Source of the DNA: an uncultured Coriobacteriaceae bacterium
GTDB taxonomy: Bacteria > Actinomycetota > Coriobacteriia > Coriobacteriales > Atopobiaceae
Assembly: GCA_902788705.1 (NCBI GenBank)
Contig: CADALE010000009.1
Coordinates: 1,428-65,427 of the forward strand
Length of the DNA: 64,000 nt
Direction of reading: 5' to 3'
The position numbers and the translations under genes were made by a program. How positions within the stretch are numbered: position 1 is the stretch's first letter; every line of letters starts with the position of its first letter. The notes below the pieces were generated by a model. It ran no database searches. It was given only the letters and a program-made list of their open reading frames with translations, and was not told the origin of the DNA. Of the stretch, positions 63,797 to 64,000 are shown piece by piece.

Positions 63797-64000
63797 CTAC
63801 TTGGCCTTGAAGTACTCCAGACTCGCGTCCGACACGGCGGCACGGCCACCGAACACGTGGCCCTCGATCACTTGGGCCGGATCGTACACCGCGTCGAAGG
63901 CGGTATAGCCACCCGTGGGGCTTACCAGCACCAGCACCGAGCTCTCCTGGCCGCAGAGCGCCGCACCGGTGAGCGCGTCCCAGTAGCCGTTGGAGGTGGC
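63797..64000 (-). CDS. C-terminal end of a second CWB2 cell-wall-binding-repeat protein (the 5' part is beyond the window edge)
   Basis: Hand translation gives ATSNGYWDALTGAALCGQESSVLVLVSPTGGYTAFDAVYDPAQVIEGHVFGGRAAVSDASLEYFKAK*. It closely parallels the last CWB2 repeat of the 25748-27808 protein. It is not in the ORF track because the ORF is open at the edge. Confidence 0.6.
   Translation of the reverse strand, partial: ATSNGYWDALTGAALCGQESSVLVLVSPTGGYTAFDAVYDPAQVIEGHVFGGRAAVSDASLEYFKAK

Overview
High-GC (about 65%) Gram-positive chromosomal window. Gene content suggests an actinobacterium of the Coriobacteriia/Atopobiaceae type, but that is inference only. Most long ORFs in the six-frame track are antisense shadows; I kept about 50 CDS plus one tRNA.

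Layout:
(1) 1-2.7 kb: housekeeping genes, a U32 peptidase (edge-truncated, found by hand translation) and tyrS.
(2) 2.8-29 kb: a large cell-envelope glycopolymer locus.
- Plus-strand operon: acyltransferase-3, PEP mutase, phosphonopyruvate decarboxylase, and a nucleotidyltransferase/Fe-alcohol-dehydrogenase fusion. This is a phosphonate cassette with no aminotransferase, so the predicted product is 2-hydroxyethylphosphonate.
- It converges on a long minus-strand operon: GT2, GT4-like, glf, GT4, a GT2-DUF4422-GT8 triple glycosyltransferase, two tandem YidC-like/alkaline-phosphatase-superfamily fusion proteins, and a TagF-like transferase with a polyacidic tail.
- The locus is followed by two GH25 muramidases, one carrying CWB2 wall-binding repeats.
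(3) 29-42.5 kb: housekeeping genes, namely class A PBP, argR, a C39-like protein, phosphohexomutase, rlmKL-like, HAD, citrate synthase, ACT, carD, degV, acylphosphatase and tRNA-Phe.
(4) 42.8-55 kb: a Gram-positive Tad/Flp pilus operon (cpaB-tadZ-tadA-tadB-tadC-flp-hyp-flp2-tadE-tadG-tadE). It continues into DUF192, zinc-ribbon/FHA and DUF2207 genes.
(5) 55-64 kb: rsgA, a P-type Ca-ATPase, D-lactate dehydrogenase, pyruvate kinase, a GH13 enzyme and a second (partial) CWB2 protein.

Non-coding structure includes a family of nested palindromic intergenic repeats (3 copies), a 35-bp perfect inverted repeat built from GCGCGGACAG units, and phased TTCACCC heptamers beside the tRNA.

The most interesting candidates are the phosphonate-glycopolymer locus and its YidC-like/AP-superfamily fusions. 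All functional calls rest on motif recognition by eye; no database search was possible.
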